64,000 bases of DNA from an uncultured virus (IMG/VR IMGVR_UViG_3300045974_000588) (Duplodnaviria; Heunggongvirae; Uroviricota; Caudoviricetes), in IMG/VR virus record IMGVR_UViG_3300045974_000588. One strand, written 5' to 3'. A program made the position numbers and the translations under genes. Below are positions 18,372 to 28,055 of the stretch, piece by piece (within the stretch, counting starts at the first letter, position 1; each line of letters opens with the position of its first letter). Below the pieces are notes generated by a model that was not told where the DNA came from, searched no databases, and worked only from the letters and a program-made list of their open reading frames with translations.

Positions 18372-20453
18372 ATGTCACATCTAAAAGATTCTCCTGCGTT
18401 CACAGGTATTCCTACAGCTCCTACAGCAACAGCAGGCACTAATACTGCTCAGATTGCTACGTGCGCTTTTGTTACTACAGCTGTTGGCGTTGCCAGTGGT
18501 TGGAGTTTACTTGGAAATGCTGGCACTACTGCTTCTAACTTCATTGGCACAACAGATGCTCAACCTGTAAGAATTAGAGTTAACAATACTGAGCAAGTTC
18601 TTATCGATATCAACGGAGTTATGCATCTTGGTAACACAACTGCTTCAGGCATCACGGGCATGGAGCGTTGGGTAATTAACGATAATACGGGCAGTTATTC
18701 AGATTTCTCATTTGTTGCAGCAGGTGGAGGCTACCCAACATTCAATCTTGGAGCTTCTGGTGGAACTCCAACAGCTAGAACTGCTTTAGCTTCTACTGGG
18801 ATTATGGGAAACCACTTATGGTGGGGTTATGATGGAGCTACTTGGATTCAAACTGGTGAGATTGTAGCTACAGCCACTTCGGTAGCGACTGGATCCATTC
18901 CAACAAGATTTGATTACAAAGTAAATGGTGTTACAGTTCTTTCTTACACTTCGGCAGGAGTCACTTTAAGTGGAACTCCTGCTGCACCAACAGCAACAGC
19001 AGGAACCAATACTACTCAGATCGCGACTACAGCATTCGTAACTGCAGCTGATGCTTTAAAAGCGCCTTTGGCATCACCTGCTTTGACGGGAACTCCCACA
19101 GCTCCTACTCCGGCCACAGCAGATAACTCGACTACAGTTGCTACTACAGCTTACGTTAAGGCTCAGTTAGCTTCGACCCCTTTGACTGGAACTCCTACAG
19201 CTCCTACTGCCGCAGTAGACACAGCTACAACTCAGATAGCTACTACGGCTTTCGTAGTTGGTCAGAGCTACTTGAAAGCAGCCACAGCTACTACAACTTA
19301 CGCTCCACTCGCATCGCCTGCTTTGACTGGAACTCCTACAGCTCCTACTGCCGCAGTAGACACAGCTACAACTCAGCTAGCAACTACAGCATTTGTGATT
19401 GCTCAATTTTCTAGCGAGGGAGTTAACAGACCAACAGCTCAAATTGCATACGGTAATTCGACAGGAACCGGCCTAACAAGTTCAGCTAGTTTTACTTGGG
19501 ATTCGGTGGCTGGTTTGAGTGTGGCAGGTCCGGCTAGTGTTGCAGGTAACTTAACAGTTTCAGCAGATGCACAAATTGCAGTCAAGATTCGCTTGAACGC
19601 CATTTCTGATCCAGCAATTCCTGCAGCAGGGACTGGATATCTTTACGCTAAGTCAGTAGCAGGAAGAGTTCTTCCAAAGTGGATTGGCCCTGCCGGGATT
19701 GATGAAATTCTTCAACCTCATCTTGGACAAGACAAAGTTTGTCAGTGGAGTCCTCCAGGTAACGCCACTACCGTTTCGAATCTGATGGGTGGTGCAGTTG
19801 CGTTTACTGCGGTTGGCACAGCTACGGCTAGAAACGTTGCCACCACAAACATGGCAACCCGAACAAAGCGATTGGGATACGTATCCGCTACAGGTACTGG
19901 AAGCTTAACTTCAATTCGTACAGCCACAGCCCAGTATACGCTTGGAGTTCCAGGAACACCCAACATGGGCGGCTTCTTCTTGGTTATTCGATTTGTTCCT
20001 TCAGATGCTGCCACTACTGCGGCAGAAAGATTCTTCGCAGGAGTATGGTCTACAACAACCGCTCCAACCAACGTTGAACCCAGTACCCTTACAAACTGCA
20101 TTGGATTAGCACAGATTTCATCTTCAAACAATCTACAGATTGTGTATGGTGGATCAGCAGCTCAAACTGCTATTGATCTTGGTGCTAACTTCCCGGCAAA
20201 TACTTTATCGGCTGATCTCTACGAGTTGATTCTTTTTGCTCCACCCAATTCAAACAATACCGTCTATTACAAAGTAAGTCGTTTAAATACTGCTTTCGTG
20301 GCAGAAGGAACTTTGACAGCAGCAACACCTGGAACTCAGCTTCCTCTAAATACAACACTTCTTTCGGCACCCGTTATTTGGAAGAGCAATAATACATCTA
20401 GTACGGCAGTTGGCTTCGACTTAGTCAGTGCTTACATAGAAACGGACCAATAA
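18372..20453 (+). CDS. tail fibre protein
   Basis: Repeated APLASPALTGTPTAPT / TTQIATTAFV fibre motifs; WSLLGNAGT...FIGTTD module; Thr/Ala/Gly rich. Confidence 0.85.
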   Translation: MSHLKDSPAFTGIPTAPTATAGTNTAQIATCAFVTTAVGVASGWSLLGNAGTTASNFIGTTDAQPVRIRVNNTEQVLIDINGVMHLGNTTASGITGMERWVINDNTGSYSDFSFVAAGGGYPTFNLGASGGTPTARTALASTGIMGNHLWWGYDGATWIQTGEIVATATSVATGSIPTRFDYKVNGVTVLSYTSAGVTLSGTPAAPTATAGTNTTQIATTAFVTAADALKAPLASPALTGTPTAPTPATADNSTTVATTAYVKAQLASTPLTGTPTAPTAAVDTATTQIATTAFVVGQSYLKAATATTTYAPLASPALTGTPTAPTAAVDTATTQLATTAFVIAQFSSEGVNRPTAQIAYGNSTGTGLTSSASFTWDSVAGLSVAGPASVAGNLTVSADAQIAVKIRLNAISDPAIPAAGTGYLYAKSVAGRVLPKWIGPAGIDEILQPHLGQDKVCQWSPPGNATTVSNLMGGAVAFTAVGTATARNVATTNMATRTKRLGYVSATGTGSLTSIRTATAQYTLGVPGTPNMGGFFLVIRFVPSDAATTAAERFFAGVWSTTTAPTNVEPSTLTNCIGLAQISSSNNLQIVYGGSAAQTAIDLGANFPANTLSADLYELILFAPPNSNNTVYYKVSRLNTAFVAEGTLTAATPGTQLPLNTTLLSAPVIWKSNNTSSTAVGFDLVSAYIETDQ
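19180..19376 (+). repeat. perfect 56-bp direct repeat inside the tail fibre gene (19180-19235 and 19321-19376)
   Basis: CTTTGACTGGAACTCCTACAGCTCCTACTGCCGCAGTAGACACAGCTACAACTCAG occurs twice. Confidence 0.9.
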
Positions 20454-20454
20454 A

Positions 20455-20901
20455 ATGACATATTCTTACTATCCCGATCATGGCTCCGTAATTAGAGATT
20501 CAGATCGAAAGTTAGTGGCTCCTTGCCAAGCCGCAGACGATCCAGATTTTCTAGACTATCTCGCATGGATTCAAGATGGAAATCAGCCAGCTGATCCGCC
20601 AGATCCTGAACCAGACGATATGAACCAGATGAAACAGGCTCTAATTGACACTGTTCAGACGTATATGGACACCAAAGTAAAAGAACGTGGATACGATACT
20701 ATCCTTTCTCTTTGTTCCTATGCCACTTCAACTGTACCACAATTCAAGGCTGAGGCTCAAGCTGGTGTTTTGTGGAGAGATCAATGCTGGGCCTATGGCT
20801 ACACTGTCTTGGGGCAAGTTTTACAAGGCTTAAGAGCTATTCCCACTATTGAAGAAGTGATGGCTGATCTACCACAACTTGAATGGCCTACGAGCTGGTA
20901 A
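20455..20901 (+). CDS. probable tail fibre assembly chaperone
   Basis: Directly follows the fibre; DYLAWIQDGNQP, RGYDTILSLCSYATS, AGVLWRDQCW. Confidence 0.7.
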   Translation: MTYSYYPDHGSVIRDSDRKLVAPCQAADDPDFLDYLAWIQDGNQPADPPDPEPDDMNQMKQALIDTVQTYMDTKVKERGYDTILSLCSYATSTVPQFKAEAQAGVLWRDQCWAYGYTVLGQVLQGLRAIPTIEEVMADLPQLEWPTSW

Positions 20902-20903
20902 AC

Positions 20904-21311
20904 ATGAAATTTATCATTAAGCAAGCCGCAGAAACTGAGAAAGTTTACAACTGTAGACAGATCTTCTTTGCCAAGAGCAAATACTGTCCAGTTTCTTGGT
21001 TCTTTGATCACGTAGGCTTTGTAGATTCTAGTGGTCGCTTGGTACAAATTAGTACGCACCGGCGCGAAGAAGGAGTTTACGCTCTTCGATTAATAACACA
21101 GGATTCTGCTTTTGCACCTCAAGATCCAGATAAAGTGAATCTACCCAAACCTGTGAAAGTTCCAAGTGAAACTGACCAAGAAAACTGTGCAGCTTTTGTG
21201 GCTAGTGTTTTGCTGGATAACAACATTAAAATCAGAGACACAGATTTAAACAAAATCTTTAAAATGGGCTTGAAATACATTAAATCACCACTAATCAGAG
21301 CCAATAATTAA
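20904..21311 (+). CDS. hypothetical protein, possibly permuted papain/NlpC-like
   Basis: DHVGFV precedes ENCAAFVASVL (His before Cys); starts MKFIIKQAA. Confidence 0.45.
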   Translation: MKFIIKQAAETEKVYNCRQIFFAKSKYCPVSWFFDHVGFVDSSGRLVQISTHRREEGVYALRLITQDSAFAPQDPDKVNLPKPVKVPSETDQENCAAFVASVLLDNNIKIRDTDLNKIFKMGLKYIKSPLIRANN

Positions 21312-22045
21312 GCGCTTTGATTTTCTCGATCTTGGTGGCGTTTTAGGTCTTCTGCTTGAGTCTTTTCATGCCATGTTGGTTCTGCGGCATCATATAGACG
21401 CTTTAGTTCTGGAACAGTGCTTTTTCTGGACCATAAGTCCGGATGAGTATTCCAACCTTTGCTCTTCTTAGGGTCATCTTTGCCTAAGTTAGGAGGATTC
21501 AACCAGAAACTCTTGGCATCTTGGGTTCTGATTAGCTTACAATTGTAGTGGAACTTGTAGCCTCTGATCTTTTTCTTGATGCCTTCAGTGATTCTAGCGC
21601 CATTCTGCCAATAGTAAGAATCTTCTCCTGCCTTGAAGACTAAGATGTAGAACCATTTCTGATTTATGATTACGTCTTCTTCATCTGATTTATCAGTAAC
21701 GTACTTAGCGCCAAGAACTGCGTTAATCTTAGCTGCCAAAGCTTGGAATTGAGGACCGTGATCATCGGAATCTTTATCACCACGCAAGAAGTTAACGTGG
21801 TGGCACATTTCATGGGCAACTGTTCTAGCCAGTGTCTGCTCATGTGAAAAAATGGCTTTGCTTAAGAAGATTATCGTATTCTCTGGGCGCTTTGGACTCC
21901 ACCTGCAGCTGCCTAGAGCCTTTCGATGAATAGAGTTATACACTCTAAGTTGTGGAAGTGGGAGATCCTTCGCATCTAGAATCTCCAGACACTTCCAACA
22001 GGTCTGCAAAACGATTGGAGGGAAGACAGCTGCCACAGTATCCAT
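21308..22045 (-). CDS. SprT-like zinc metalloprotease
   Basis: ALGSC, TVAHEMCHH (HExxH), DDHGPQFQ. Confidence 0.85.
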   Translation of the reverse strand: MDTVAAVFPPIVLQTCWKCLEILDAKDLPLPQLRVYNSIHRKALGSCRWSPKRPENTIIFLSKAIFSHEQTLARTVAHEMCHHVNFLRGDKDSDDHGPQFQALAAKINAVLGAKYVTDKSDEEDVIINQKWFYILVFKAGEDSYYWQNGARITEGIKKKIRGYKFHYNCKLIRTQDAKSFWLNPPNLGKDDPKKSKGWNTHPDLWSRKSTVPELKRLYDAAEPTWHEKTQAEDLKRHQDRENQSA

Positions 22046-22163
22046 ACACCATAATTATAGGAGGAAAATGAAAATCTTTTCTACCAAGATCTAAAGATGG
22101 AACTCAAAATGCTAAGCTTACTCATGATATAACCTAGTTTAACTTACCTATCTGATTTTAGAA

Positions 22164-22201
22164 ACTTTTCTCCAACGTCATTTAAACTATGTTAGAGGAG
22201 T
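22164..22201 (+). promoter_or_regulatory. RBS-sequestering hairpin with -10-like TAAACT in the loop (sheath gene)
   Basis: ACTTTTCT/AGAGGAGT and AACGT/ATGTT pair with G-U wobbles. Confidence 0.5.
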
Positions 22202-22206
22202 AAAAC

Positions 22207-25173
22207 ATGGCGAAAAGACAAAAATTAACGATCACCCGATACGTTCTCCCGGGCACATACGTCGGTCAGGTCTACCGTCCGCACGTTGTAAATCTTGGGA
22301 TGTTCCCAAGAATCATGTGCTACATCGGTCGCGGTGTGCCTTACATCGTGAAAGAGAACATGGAAATCGTTCGCAGCTTCGTTTACAACGAGAAGTGCGA
22401 TTTCCCAACGAACGGACCTTACCTGTCCGTTCTCAATCATTCTTCCAATGGTTCCCAGTTGACGATTTGGGACAGCGCGAAGATTCGACTCTACAACCAG
22501 AATGGTGAGGAAGTAAGCACCAAAGACTGGAAGTTCATGAAGTCGACTCCAAGCGGTCCATTCGATCAGGTGGAAATCTTCTCCAAGGCTTTCAAGCCTA
22601 GCGATACTTACTTCATTGATTATCAGTCAAATGAGACTGACATCTCAGATACCCTTCCCATTCTTGGCACTCGCCAGGTATTGGGTGTGGGCGATCACAA
22701 AGATGAAGTTTCTTATGACGAGCACACAGATTTCGAGAATGTGACAATTCTTGGATCACCTGTGGTGGATCCCAACAACTCCCTCTACCCTCTGATCTAC
22801 ACGGTAGATAAGTCACAGGGCATGGTTGCCAATCTGACCATTCTCCCTCCAGATCCCGTCACCCCCGCGAATGGAACGATTTACGACGGCGCAGTGCCCG
22901 CCAAGTATTCATTCACAGTGGCCAATCTGGTAGTAATGGACTTGGCTGCTACTCCTCCAATTCCTGCGACCACTTTTGATCTCAACTGGACGGATAACGC
23001 ATCACCGGCCAGCACGGGAACAATCAACGTTGTTACCACTGACACCACAGTGGACAACTTGGAACTAGTTAGTGGCATTCATGCCACTCTGGCAAACGTT
23101 CCTCAGTTGATGAATGGTCAAGTATTTACTCTTCGCGTTAAGCAGACAATGGTTAAGCTCAACAAGCTTGCCAAGTATGTTGGACCAGATCGTAATTACT
23201 TCATCACAGTAGAAGGCAATGAACTGACCTCAGTGCCATACTTCGTAGTTTCTCCCAACCCGGGATCGATTACGGTGAATACAGCAGCCATGGTGGCTTC
23301 CGATGGAAGCTCGTTATACACTGGCGCTACTCCAATCAAGTACACAATGACCGTGGCCAACAAAGTGGTTGGTGCAACAACGGCATTCGACTTGAACTGG
23401 ACCGACAATTCGGTAACACCCAACAGTGGAACAGTTCACGTAACTGCAACGCTCAACGATATTGATGTGGTTCTTACCTCAATGGGCGGAATCAGCATTC
23501 ATGTTGATAACGTGGCTGGCTTGATGAATGGCAATACGTTCACATTGGATGTCCAGCAGACACATCGTCTTTACATCAGCTGGTATTCCGATGACTACGT
23601 TAGCGCAAGTGGCATCTTGGACATCGTTGCTAATGGCGATGTTTACGATCAGCTCCTTGAAGCTGGTGTTCGCCTGGACTTCTTGAACATCCAGGGACTG
23701 GTCGAGGGTGACAAGTGGACCATCAAGGCCACCAACACCAATGAGCTCAGCTGGAATTTCACTAGACTCGCAACCAAGGATTTCACTCCTGCGGATATCT
23801 ACTACGACGTAATGGGCCTGGTGACTGGAACTCCTCGCACCTACTACATTACGCTTGACAACACTCCAGTGCCCAGCACGAATCCCTTGATTCCAACAGT
23901 TGGCCTGATTCGCACAGATAACAACGCAGCGATTTCGCACTCGGATATCCCGGGCACACCCTACGTGAAGTTGAACATTACTTCACCCCTTCTGGTTAAC
24001 TTCCGGGCAACTTACCACTACCACAATGCCCCAAGCCCCAGCCAGAAGTACTTCGTTGGAGCCACATACACCCGCCCGAAGGATCAGTACAACGTAGTCA
24101 AGATCTACTCAGACTACCAGACTGCTCTTCAGGAAGTTGGCTACCCGAGCTCAGAGAACCACATCGCGATCATGTTGGACTACGCGTTCAACGTGGCAAA
24201 CAACGACTTCGTTTCCATCTGCCAAGTGTTCGATGCAGATCACGATAGTGTTTACAATCGCGCTGATTACTCAGTAGCATTGGAAGCCACCAAGCGCAAC
24301 AAGGAAGTGACTGATATCTGCATCCTGTCGAAGTTCGAGACTCTGGCAGATCAGATGTCCCAGTCACAGTATTGCAACGATCCTTTGATTGGTGCATTGC
24401 GCCTGTACTACATCGGCTACCCGATTGGCTACCCTCTCGGAACGCCTGGAACTGGTGGATCGATTGCCAACACCTCCCTCAATGTTCTTCAGGTTCAGGG
24501 AGCCAATCCTGCCCACGGCACTTTCATTAGCTGTGGCAACGATTGGGTTAAGAGAACGGTCATCCTTCAGACTGGCAACCCAGTCCAGTTGACCTTGGAC
24601 GGCAGCTTCTTCGCGGGCATGGTCGGCGCCATCAACAATGCCTTCCGCGACCCGAACACCCTGCTCAACAATCAGGTCATTCCTGGAATCGACGACATTC
24701 GCTCCTACACCGACACTCAGATGGAAATCTTGGGTGCATCGAGCAACACATTCGCAAACATCCCAGTTGGTAGCAACGTAGCAAAGATCATCGACGCGGT
24801 TACCACAGACTTCGTTAGCGACGACTACCACGAGATCAATGTGATGTGCGTCAAGCAGTTGGTTTCGAAGCGGATCATTCGCGCGGGTAACGCAGCAGTG
24901 ATTGGCTACGTTCCTCGCAACACAGATGATGGTGTCAGCTTCATTCGCTCCATCATGGCTCGTGAGCTCACAGGAATGGTTGGCGATGGAATCATCGCAG
25001 ACTACAGCGACTCACAGGGTCGTCCCCGCGACATGCGTCCTGAGAGCGATGTGGATGTATGGCGCGACGAAAACGACAAGACCCGCTGGAACTTCACCTA
25101 CTGGTTCAACGCTCGCTACGGCATCAAGCGCCTGACTGGTATGTACAGTGTGGATGAGAACGCTTTCCTCTAA
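22207..25173 (+). CDS. tail sheath protein
   Basis: 988 aa; N-terminal LPGTYV; inserted beta domains; sheath-like C-terminus (KIIDAVTT...EINV...WNFTYWFNARYGIKRL); strong RBS and terminator. Confidence 0.75.
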   Translation: MAKRQKLTITRYVLPGTYVGQVYRPHVVNLGMFPRIMCYIGRGVPYIVKENMEIVRSFVYNEKCDFPTNGPYLSVLNHSSNGSQLTIWDSAKIRLYNQNGEEVSTKDWKFMKSTPSGPFDQVEIFSKAFKPSDTYFIDYQSNETDISDTLPILGTRQVLGVGDHKDEVSYDEHTDFENVTILGSPVVDPNNSLYPLIYTVDKSQGMVANLTILPPDPVTPANGTIYDGAVPAKYSFTVANLVVMDLAATPPIPATTFDLNWTDNASPASTGTINVVTTDTTVDNLELVSGIHATLANVPQLMNGQVFTLRVKQTMVKLNKLAKYVGPDRNYFITVEGNELTSVPYFVVSPNPGSITVNTAAMVASDGSSLYTGATPIKYTMTVANKVVGATTAFDLNWTDNSVTPNSGTVHVTATLNDIDVVLTSMGGISIHVDNVAGLMNGNTFTLDVQQTHRLYISWYSDDYVSASGILDIVANGDVYDQLLEAGVRLDFLNIQGLVEGDKWTIKATNTNELSWNFTRLATKDFTPADIYYDVMGLVTGTPRTYYITLDNTPVPSTNPLIPTVGLIRTDNNAAISHSDIPGTPYVKLNITSPLLVNFRATYHYHNAPSPSQKYFVGATYTRPKDQYNVVKIYSDYQTALQEVGYPSSENHIAIMLDYAFNVANNDFVSICQVFDADHDSVYNRADYSVALEATKRNKEVTDICILSKFETLADQMSQSQYCNDPLIGALRLYYIGYPIGYPLGTPGTGGSIANTSLNVLQVQGANPAHGTFISCGNDWVKRTVILQTGNPVQLTLDGSFFAGMVGAINNAFRDPNTLLNNQVIPGIDDIRSYTDTQMEILGASSNTFANIPVGSNVAKIIDAVTTDFVSDDYHEINVMCVKQLVSKRIIRAGNAAVIGYVPRNTDDGVSFIRSIMARELTGMVGDGIIADYSDSQGRPRDMRPESDVDVWRDENDKTRWNFTYWFNARYGIKRLTGMYSVDENAFL

Positions 25174-25197
25174 ATCGAGACAAGCGACGGAAATGGT

Positions 25198-25226
25198 TCG
25201 GGCCCTTAACGGGGCCCGACCTGTTT
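25198..25226 (+). terminator. terminator after the sheath gene
   Basis: TCGGGCCC/GGGCCCGA stem followed by CCTGTTT. Confidence 0.65.
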
Positions 25227-25239
25227 AAAGAGGTGGAAG

Positions 25240-25608
25240 ATGGGAGCATTATCACCAATCCTCAGGATAGCGAAAAACGAAAGACTTCACTGGTGGTGCC
25301 CAGGCTGCGATGAAGCTCATGGCATTCACTATGGCACGGCTGGAGGTCCTACGTGGACTTGGGATGGTAGCGTAGATAAGCCTACATTCTCTCCTTCAGT
25401 TCTAGTTCAAGGCAGCAAGTTTACAGAAAAAGGCCAAGCAGACTATGACGCTTGGAAGGCTGCCGGTTTTCCAAAGCACGATGATAAATTTGAAAGCATA
25501 GCAACAGTTTGCCACTCATTTGTTAAAGATGGAAAGATGCAATTCTTGGGAGACTGCACTCACCAGCTAGCCAATCAAACAGTAGATATCCCAGTTTGGC
25601 CGTTATAA
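25240..25608 (+). CDS. DUF6527-like protein
   Basis: CPGCDEAH, WTWDGSVDKPTFSPSVL, CHSFVKDG, DCTHQLA. Confidence 0.85.
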   Translation: MGALSPILRIAKNERLHWWCPGCDEAHGIHYGTAGGPTWTWDGSVDKPTFSPSVLVQGSKFTEKGQADYDAWKAAGFPKHDDKFESIATVCHSFVKDGKMQFLGDCTHQLANQTVDIPVWPL

Positions 25609-25637
25609 TTTGATTGGGTTATGAATAAAGGTGAAGT

Positions 25638-25877
25638 ATGAAGCTTAGAATTGTGGCCGCAGTGCAAACTCCTCCAGGATTCATGGAGGATGATGCCATC
25701 ATTCTCAACTATGTTGGTAAAGGCTTGAATGATGAGATGTTGTTCGAAAACATAGTTCAGCAAACAGCCAGTTACAAAATTGCTCAGTATGTCATCAAAC
25801 GTTTGAAAGAACTAGAAGCTTCTTTAGGCAAGGATGAGCTTTGGGCTCGTCATGAAAGGCTAAGGAGTCAGCGATGA
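25638..25877 (+). CDS. small protein with MKLRIVAA leader
   Basis: AGGTGA RBS; shared leader. Confidence 0.7.
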   Translation: MKLRIVAAVQTPPGFMEDDAIILNYVGKGLNDEMLFENIVQQTASYKIAQYVIKRLKELEASLGKDELWARHERLRSQR

Positions 25878-26527
25878 AACTAAGAGTAATAGCTAGACTC
25901 CACCAAGCCGCTCCAAAGTTTAAACTTGGAGATAAAGTAAGAGTTAACAACGTAAACGCTATCTACACTATTACAGCAATCGATGTTAGCAAAGAAAAAG
26001 CCACTGTAGAGACTGACGATCCAAGTGTTAGCGATTTTAGTCGAAAAATTCCAGGCATTGGCTTCAAAGAAATGCGCCTTGCCAATCCTCCAGCTCCAAA
26101 GCCTAAATCCGGTCCTGCCTGTTGGGGTTGTAGTAAAGATTACCTCAGTCGTTGGGACAAGTCGGATATGGTTACGCTTGGGAAAGACAAGCTTTGCCCA
26201 GACTGTTATGAAGAAATTGAAATTAGTCCTGAACAATACTACGACATCGTTAGAGGATCTATTCGTGATGTGGTTGGTTCAGCTTCTGATATGGGAGATC
26301 CCGATAAGAAAGATTGGGATGCTTACGACTACGATGTAGATGTTACTATTCCAGTTAAAATCTCAAAGAGAGACGGAAAACCTTTCGATTCGAATGATCT
26401 AGAGTTGCTACAAAATTGGATTCGGAAAAATTACTCACGCTATATCAAGAAAGAATATCGAATGGAATTTGAAATGCATCCAAACGATAAGAATACTGAA
26501 TTAGTACCTAGCATTTCATTCGTGTAA
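25874..26527 (+). CDS. protein with MKLRVIA leader, SH3/KOW-like domain and CxxC pairs
   Basis: FKLGDKVRV; CWGC...CPDC. Confidence 0.7.
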   Translation: MKLRVIARLHQAAPKFKLGDKVRVNNVNAIYTITAIDVSKEKATVETDDPSVSDFSRKIPGIGFKEMRLANPPAPKPKSGPACWGCSKDYLSRWDKSDMVTLGKDKLCPDCYEEIEISPEQYYDIVRGSIRDVVGSASDMGDPDKKDWDAYDYDVDVTIPVKISKRDGKPFDSNDLELLQNWIRKNYSRYIKKEYRMEFEMHPNDKNTELVPSISFV

Positions 26528-26579
26528 TTCTTGAAATAGTGAATGAAGAAAAGCCTTTTACAATTAAGTTGAGGTGAAC

Positions 26580-27011
26580 ATGAAGATTCGTGTTACTGCC
26601 AAAGTGAAGAAGACATCTGGAGATCTTGGCGCAGCGATTCAGGATCAAGCTTACCGATTCATTCGTCGCCTTACACGTATGTATGAAGTTATCAATTCTC
26701 TTGGCGAGGATAAGGGTAGCACTGCAGAGTTCATGACGAAAGTATCTGGCTGGATTACTGAAGTAAATAAAATTGACGCCGAGATCAAAGTTGAGCAAGT
26801 TAAAGAATCTCCAGATGCTGAGAAGTTAAAGCAGATGGCAGATAGAGTTGCTCAAATTCGTGGCGAAGCAGCCGCAGCAGCTAATAGCGATCCAGAACTG
26901 CTAAAGATTTGGAATGATGCATTCGCTAAAGTCAGCAATAAGCGTAGAATTGCTTCAAAGAAAAAGCCAAACAAGTTAAAAATTTCCGCTAGCAGAAAGA
27001 CAAAAAAGTGA
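26580..27011 (+). CDS. protein with MKIRVTA leader
   Basis: GAGGTGA RBS; basic C-terminus KLKISASRK. Confidence 0.7.
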   Translation: MKIRVTAKVKKTSGDLGAAIQDQAYRFIRRLTRMYEVINSLGEDKGSTAEFMTKVSGWITEVNKIDAEIKVEQVKESPDAEKLKQMADRVAQIRGEAAAAANSDPELLKIWNDAFAKVSNKRRIASKKKPNKLKISASRKTKK

Positions 27012-27403
27012 CTGTTCAGCTAAAGTTTACCGCAGGTTTTGATGCGATCATTCGCAAGAAGCGGTTAGCTAGCTTGCTGGAGATCAAGTCTTATATTGAA
27101 AATCTAAACACTAACAACTTAGCTTTGTCTGATCTAGATTCTCTAGAATCTATTGGACACGAGCTTCAGTCGTTTTATGCATCTACTGCCGCTGCTGATC
27201 AAGCAGCAATTGAAACGCTGTTGAAGCAGTTGAATTCAAGTGTTAGTGTTCTACGAGTAAAAGATCGGAAAGGTTCAATCAATTCCTTGCAAAAGGTGTT
27301 GGCTAAACTCCAATTCCATATGAGTCGAATCATTACTTCTGAACTTACAAAAATGAACAACGGGATCAGTGTGATGGTTAAGCAGCACAAGGATGCCAAG
27401 TGA
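27008..27403 (+). CDS. hypothetical alpha-helical protein
   Basis: GTG start overlapping the previous stop. Confidence 0.6.
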   Translation: MTVQLKFTAGFDAIIRKKRLASLLEIKSYIENLNTNNLALSDLDSLESIGHELQSFYASTAAADQAAIETLLKQLNSSVSVLRVKDRKGSINSLQKVLAKLQFHMSRIITSELTKMNNGISVMVKQHKDAK

Positions 27404-27451
27404 AAATGTCGAAATGTTCTTCCTACAATAAAATGTAGATGGAGGTGTTAA

Positions 27452-27964
27452 ATGGCAGCTCGGAATGACTACGGCGTCACAGTCCCCGCTCTCGCACTGA
27501 ACCTGACCAAGACTTACCACGGGCAGACGCTGATTTCGGAGACTGGCCAGATTGTGGGTCGTATCCAGAACTACACCCCGGTTTTCGCTCAGAGAGCAAC
27601 AAAGCTCGTCTATGAAGTGAACGCCTACACTTGGGGCCGTCCCATTGACATCGTTCCTGGCATTGAGAGTGGTCGTGAGCTTGACTGCACTCGCATTGAA
27701 GTGTGGGAAGAAGAGATGGAACTCGCTTTCGGTCCTTCAGACGACAATGCGCGTCTAGGCGGCATCGAGTGGATCGACCTTTGCGAGCAGACCAAGCCCT
27801 TTATCTTCCAGGAAGCGTTGTTCAGAGCAAACGCTCGTTACCGCTCATGGGAATACTTGGGCTGCTGGTTCCAGTCCAAGACGGTTTCCGCGTATGCAGC
27901 AGATGGCGATGCCGAAGTGATCGCTACAGCGAAGATGCAATACGTTATTCGTCGGTCACTGTAA
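27452..27964 (+). CDS. probable tail tube protein
   Basis: 170 aa, near the sheath; VGRIQNY, IDIVPG, YLGCWFQS tube-like pattern; strong RBS and terminator. Confidence 0.7.
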   Translation: MAARNDYGVTVPALALNLTKTYHGQTLISETGQIVGRIQNYTPVFAQRATKLVYEVNAYTWGRPIDIVPGIESGRELDCTRIEVWEEEMELAFGPSDDNARLGGIEWIDLCEQTKPFIFQEALFRANARYRSWEYLGCWFQSKTVSAYAADGDAEVIATAKMQYVIRRSL

Positions 27965-27981
27965 GAGTTTCAGGTTAAATG

Positions 27982-28007
27982 ATGGCACCTGCTTCGGTGG
28001 GTGCCAT
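27982..28007 (+). terminator. hairpin with cUUCGg loop after the tube gene
   Basis: ATGGCACCTGC-TTCG-GTGGGTGCCAT. Confidence 0.7.
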
Positions 28008-28055
28008 TAAGCTGTATGGGATCTTGCTAGAAATCAATTAAAATGTTAAGAGGAG

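Noticed and set aside
19180..19376. Fibre gene direct repeat as a diversity-generating retroelement TR/VR pair
   Set aside because: The copies are identical and internal, with no adenine-specific differences, and there is no reverse transcriptase in the window
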